64,000 nucleotides of DNA from positions 87,582 to 151,581 of the forward strand of contig CAYTGV010000002.1 of assembly GCA_964437495.1 (NCBI GenBank), given 5' to 3'. Source of the stretch: an uncultured Planctomycetia bacterium. Lineage in GTDB: Bacteria; Omnitrophota; Gorgyraeia; B26-G9. Made by a program: the position numbers and the translations under genes. Each line of letters begins with the position of its first letter. The stretch's first letter is position 1. Shown one piece after another: positions 60,579 through 64,000 of the stretch. The notes under the pieces were generated by a model that was not told the origin of the DNA, ran no database searches, and saw only the letters and a program-made list of their open reading frames with translations.

Positions 60579-61484
60579 CTAGACATCCCAGGCTTTATGT
60601 ATCCAATTTACCCACTGACCTGGATATTTGCGAATATAACTTTCAATAACAGCATTTACCTTTTGCAGATTCTCCCTGATTAATTCGCTGCTATCATTAT
60701 CCCTTTTTAATTCAATCTCCGGTTCGATCTTAATAATATGTTTAAATTCACTAATTCTCACTATAAACATAGGCACAATAGCCGCTTGCGTACTCATGGC
60801 CAATTTAACAGGTACGCTGGTAACCATGGCCAGCTGATTAAAAAATTTAATCTCTACCCCTTCTGTCCCAAAATTTTGATCAAGTTCAATTATCAAAATT
60901 TCATCGCTATCCAATGTTTTTATACATCGACGCATACAAGTATGCATCGGACGGCTGAAAATTACTTTTTGACCTACTTTGCGGGAAAGGCTCAAGAATT
61001 CACGCTCAACACCCTTATTACGCGCATGCCTGGCCACAAAAGAAGTCTTATACCCCCGGGCAGCCAATCCAAAACCCATTGCCGTGAAACTTCCCAAATG
61101 AGCACTAGCCGCAATAACCCCTTTGCCTTTTTTAAGCGCTTTTTGGAGATTTTCAATCCCCTCGAGCTTTATGGTCTTTTTTGTTTTTTCTACAGAAAAA
61201 TTACTAAAACGCAGAGTATCAAGAATAATATGGCCCATTGTTTGAAAGCTATCTCGTGCAATAATTATCCTTTGTTTTCGCGGTATTTTATTTCCCAATG
61301 CCTTTTCAATATTGTTCAAAGCTATCTGTCTGTTCTTATGGGCAAGTTCATAATATAAAAAACTTAAAGCCTTACCCCAAACATACAAAATTCTCCTCGG
61401 TAAGATACGGACAATAAGCAATAAGACCTTTAACCCAAAAACAGTGAACCAGGATATAAATTTTCGCCTCATCTTTTTCTTCAT
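60579..61484 (-). CDS. lpxL: Lipid A biosynthesis late acyltransferase (LpxL/HtrB/MsbB family)
   Basis: 301-aa ORF with an N-terminal TM and lysophospholipid acyltransferase family motifs. It is divergent from the gnnA-like/lpxB pair. Confidence 0.75.
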   Translation of the reverse strand: MKKKMRRKFISWFTVFGLKVLLLIVRILPRRILYVWGKALSFLYYELAHKNRQIALNNIEKALGNKIPRKQRIIIARDSFQTMGHIILDTLRFSNFSVEKTKKTIKLEGIENLQKALKKGKGVIAASAHLGSFTAMGFGLAARGYKTSFVARHARNKGVEREFLSLSRKVGQKVIFSRPMHTCMRRCIKTLDSDEILIIELDQNFGTEGVEIKFFNQLAMVTSVPVKLAMSTQAAIVPMFIVRISEFKHIIKIEPEIELKRDNDSSELIRENLQKVNAVIESYIRKYPGQWVNWIHKAWDV

Positions 61485-61757
61485 GGCAATATAGCTTACT
61501 ATAAATATATATTAACGTCAACATATACTTAACCAGTAACCAGTTATCAGTTGCCAGTTACTTTTAAGTAGCGAGTAACGAGTAGCAAAAGAAACAAACA
61601 CAGACATAAATCAGAGACAATAGCAACCTTGGACTATTGGCCATTTTTGCTTTTTCTTCCTTCACCCAAGCGCAGCAATCGTCCTTCGTCCCTCTATGCT
61701 CTGTTTTCTATCTAAGCTTGACAATATCTTCTTTGATATGTTAAAGTTAATAACATT

Positions 61758-62678
61758 ATGAAGAAAATAAAAGTAGCTGTTATCGGAACAGGGCATCTGG
61801 GTAAAATCCATGCACGAATATATAATGATATGCGTGGTGTGGACTTAATCGGCATTTGCGACACTGATGCTGCAAAAGTAAACGCATATGCAGATGAGTT
61901 TAAGAGCACCGCTTATCTTGATTATAGACAGCTTTTTAAAAAGGTTGATGCTGTAAGCATTGCCACCCCGACTATCACACATTTTAAAATTGCCAGAGAC
62001 TTTTTAAAGAATAATATCCATGTGCTGGTTGAAAAACCCATTACTCCGACTATGATAGAGGCCCAAAAATTAGTAAAAATTGCACGGACAAAAAGAAATA
62101 TCCTGCAAGTAGGTCATGTTGAACGTTTTAATCCAGCTATTACAACCATACAGGGCTTTTGCAAAAATCCAAAATTCATAGAATGTCACCGATTAAGTCC
62201 ATATCCTAAAAGGGGCACTGATGTAAGTGTAATTCTCGATCTGATGATCCATGATATAGACATTGTCCTGTCTTTAGTGAAATCCCCTCTGAAAAAGACA
62301 CATGCCATAGGCGTTAATGTGCTTTCAAAAAATGAGGACATTGCCAGTGTCAGATTGATTTTTAAAAACGGTACAGTATGCAATCTCACAGCCAGTCGGG
62401 TTAGTGATGAAGGTATGAGAAAAATACGTATATTTCAAAAAGATTCATATCTTAGCCTTGATTATGCCCAGCAAAAGATAATTTACTTTAAAAAAGAAAA
62501 TGATATGATTACGAAAAATGAAATCCTTGTGAGAAAAAAGGAGCCCCTGGTAGAGGAACTAAGTTCATTTATTGATTGCATCAAAAAAGGTAAACAGCCT
62601 GTTGTACGCGGTAAAGAAGGAAAAGATGCCCTTGAAATCGCACTATCCATAATAAAACAAATCCGTAAAAATGCCTAA
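61758..62678 (+). CDS. Gfo/Idh/MocA-family NAD-dependent oxidoreductase (GnnA-like, lpxB-associated)
   Basis: 306-aa ORF with the Rossmann motif 'IKVAVIGTGHLGKIHA' and 'EKP' motif. It overlaps the lpxB start by 8 nt. Confidence 0.75.
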   Translation: MKKIKVAVIGTGHLGKIHARIYNDMRGVDLIGICDTDAAKVNAYADEFKSTAYLDYRQLFKKVDAVSIATPTITHFKIARDFLKNNIHVLVEKPITPTMIEAQKLVKIARTKRNILQVGHVERFNPAITTIQGFCKNPKFIECHRLSPYPKRGTDVSVILDLMIHDIDIVLSLVKSPLKKTHAIGVNVLSKNEDIASVRLIFKNGTVCNLTASRVSDEGMRKIRIFQKDSYLSLDYAQQKIIYFKKENDMITKNEILVRKKEPLVEELSSFIDCIKKGKQPVVRGKEGKDALEIALSIIKQIRKNA

Positions 62679-63816
62679 ATCTATTATAATTATTGCCGGA
62701 GAGCCTTCTGCAGACATGCACGGTGCGGCTCTCACAAGGCAGCTAAAAATTTCAAATCCTGACCTTATAATTTCAGGGGTCGGCGGTCCTCAGATGAGAA
62801 AAGCCGGAGTGAAAACCTTTGATGATCTGACCCAGTATGCTGTTATAGGTTTCATAGAGGTTTTAAGGCATTACCATATTTTTAAAAAAGCCTTTGACCT
62901 CACATTAGCGAAAATTAAAAGGGAACAGCCTATTGCTGTAATATTGATCGACTATCCGGGCTTTAATTTAAGACTTGCTAAAAGAATTAAACAGGATATC
63001 CCCCAAACTAAAATTATTTACTACATATCTCCGCAAATCTGGGCCTGGGGCAGAAAACGCATAAATTTAATTAAACAGACAATAGACAAGATGCTTGTTG
63101 TATTCAAATTTGAAGAAACCCTTTATAAAGAAAACGGGGTCAATGCTGAATTTGTCGGTCATCCTTTATTAGAAAAATTTACAGAACTAAAGCCGGAAAA
63201 AGAAACATTGAAAAACATGAATCTAAGCACTGAAGACAGGATATTAAGCATCCTGCCCGGCTCAAGGGTCAACGAGGTCAAGAAACTAATGCCTGTAATG
63301 CTAAAAGCAGCAGAGCTATTACAAAAAAAGATGCCAGAGATTAATTTTTTGCTTATCCGAGCATCAAATATAAGCCTTGATCTCATTAATAAACTAGCAA
63401 GGAATTATGCGCATCTAAATTTAAGGATTATTGACAGGCAAACATATAATGCTATAAACATATCTAGCTTTGCCTGGGTTTGTTCTGGAACAGCAACACT
63501 GGAAACAGCGATTTTAGGAATCCCAATGCTGGTTTTATACAAAACCAGTTTTCTTACCTGGTTTGCATCTAAATTATTAATTGGACTTCCTTCTATCGGG
63601 CTTGTAAATATCGTCGCAGGAAAAAAAATCGTCCCTGAGTTCATTCAATACCAAGTTACTCCTGCCAATATTATTAAAGCCTCATGCGATTTTTTTAATT
63701 TATCCCCTGAGAAACAGGCTGGCATTAAACAACAGCTGGCAAAGGTCAAACTCAATTTAGGCATATCTAATGCCAATAAGAATGCAGCTAAAGCTATAGC
63801 CGCATTAATCGGCTAA
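62671..63816 (+). CDS. lpxB: Lipid-A-disaccharide synthase
   Basis: 381-aa ORF. It has 'IIIIAGEPSADMHGA' (LpxB 'GE.SGD' motif) and a GT-B fold. Confidence 0.85.
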   Translation: MPKSIIIIAGEPSADMHGAALTRQLKISNPDLIISGVGGPQMRKAGVKTFDDLTQYAVIGFIEVLRHYHIFKKAFDLTLAKIKREQPIAVILIDYPGFNLRLAKRIKQDIPQTKIIYYISPQIWAWGRKRINLIKQTIDKMLVVFKFEETLYKENGVNAEFVGHPLLEKFTELKPEKETLKNMNLSTEDRILSILPGSRVNEVKKLMPVMLKAAELLQKKMPEINFLLIRASNISLDLINKLARNYAHLNLRIIDRQTYNAINISSFAWVCSGTATLETAILGIPMLVLYKTSFLTWFASKLLIGLPSIGLVNIVAGKKIVPEFIQYQVTPANIIKASCDFFNLSPEKQAGIKQQLAKVKLNLGISNANKNAAKAIAALIG

Positions 63817-64000
63817 TTATGGCCCGTTGCTACCACCCTCTGTCCCATCTAGACCCAAAGTAATCGTCCAATCAGTATATGGTCCGCTTTTTCGTTTTGC
63901 TGTACCAGTCTGGGTTAAATCATCAAAATCATACTCCCATGATCTTCGGGCATTCTTGTTTGGATTTTCAAGCCCAACCGAGGTCCACGGCAGATCGCCT

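Noticed and set aside
788-63644. Numerous 60-190-aa plus-strand ORFs (e.g. 788..1183, 4540..4944, 11902..12255, 20710..21138, 22118..22489, 35791..36165, 38393..38884, 59689..60252, 60738..61358) and minus-strand ones inside plus genes (62186..62389, 63159..63644)
   Set aside because: All lie antisense within well-supported longer genes. They have serine/leucine/phenylalanine-rich shadow-frame composition and no independent motifs or RBS. They are treated as overlapping-frame artefacts.

Overview
This is a low-GC (about 35-38%), AT-rich bacterial chromosomal window from a diderm (LPS-producing) organism. Nearly all genes are on the minus strand (about 62 kb); only a Gfo/Idh/MocA oxidoreductase and lpxB at the far right are on the plus strand. 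Most of the content is core housekeeping. Left to right it holds:

- an AddA/AddB-type helicase-nuclease pair;
- a four-gene RND efflux operon (OMF, MFP, RND, RND) with unusual domain fusions;
- an SGNH hydrolase;
- RNase P RNA (rnpB) overlapping an RNase HI gene, next to a COG1579-like zinc-ribbon coiled-coil gene;
- tRNA-Val, tRNA-Met and a tRNA-like fragment;
- rpoD, dnaG and a frameshifted nif3;
- a zinc-ribbon protein behind an array of TAGTAACT repeats;
- a secreted thermonuclease;
- a type IV pilin-like gene broken by two homopolymer indels;
- metF, aroK, a PilZ protein and a HAD hydrolase;
- lptD, an SDR epimerase, a ROK kinase, accD and an MFS transporter;
- tRNA-Thr;
- an outer-membrane/lipid A block: lpxI, lpxA, a fused lpxC-fabZ, lpxD, skp and bamA;
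- a block whose gene order is strikingly Firmicutes-like: dnaB, rplI, rpsR, ssb, rpsF, pth, ctc/L25, prs, glmU, tRNA-Gln, spoVG, ispE;
- a split transketolase, a lipoprotein, an FtsH-like protease and a TPR lipoprotein;
- a previously unannotatable 31-aa, highly basic peptide with a strong Shine-Dalgarno site;
- hisG, lpxL, a GnnA-like oxidoreductase and lpxB.

No CRISPR array, transposase, integrase or obvious defence island is present. The most unusual items are domain-fusion variants: an RND pump with a C-terminal cytoplasmic winged-helix domain, a TolC-like protein with an N-terminal AMIN-like domain, SpoVG with a zinc-ribbon insertion, and sigma-70 with a histone-like lysine-rich N-terminus. 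The others are the small basic peptide behind a heptamer-repeat promoter, an 8-mer operator-like repeat array, and three single-base homopolymer indels that break two genes (possible sequencing errors or phase variation).
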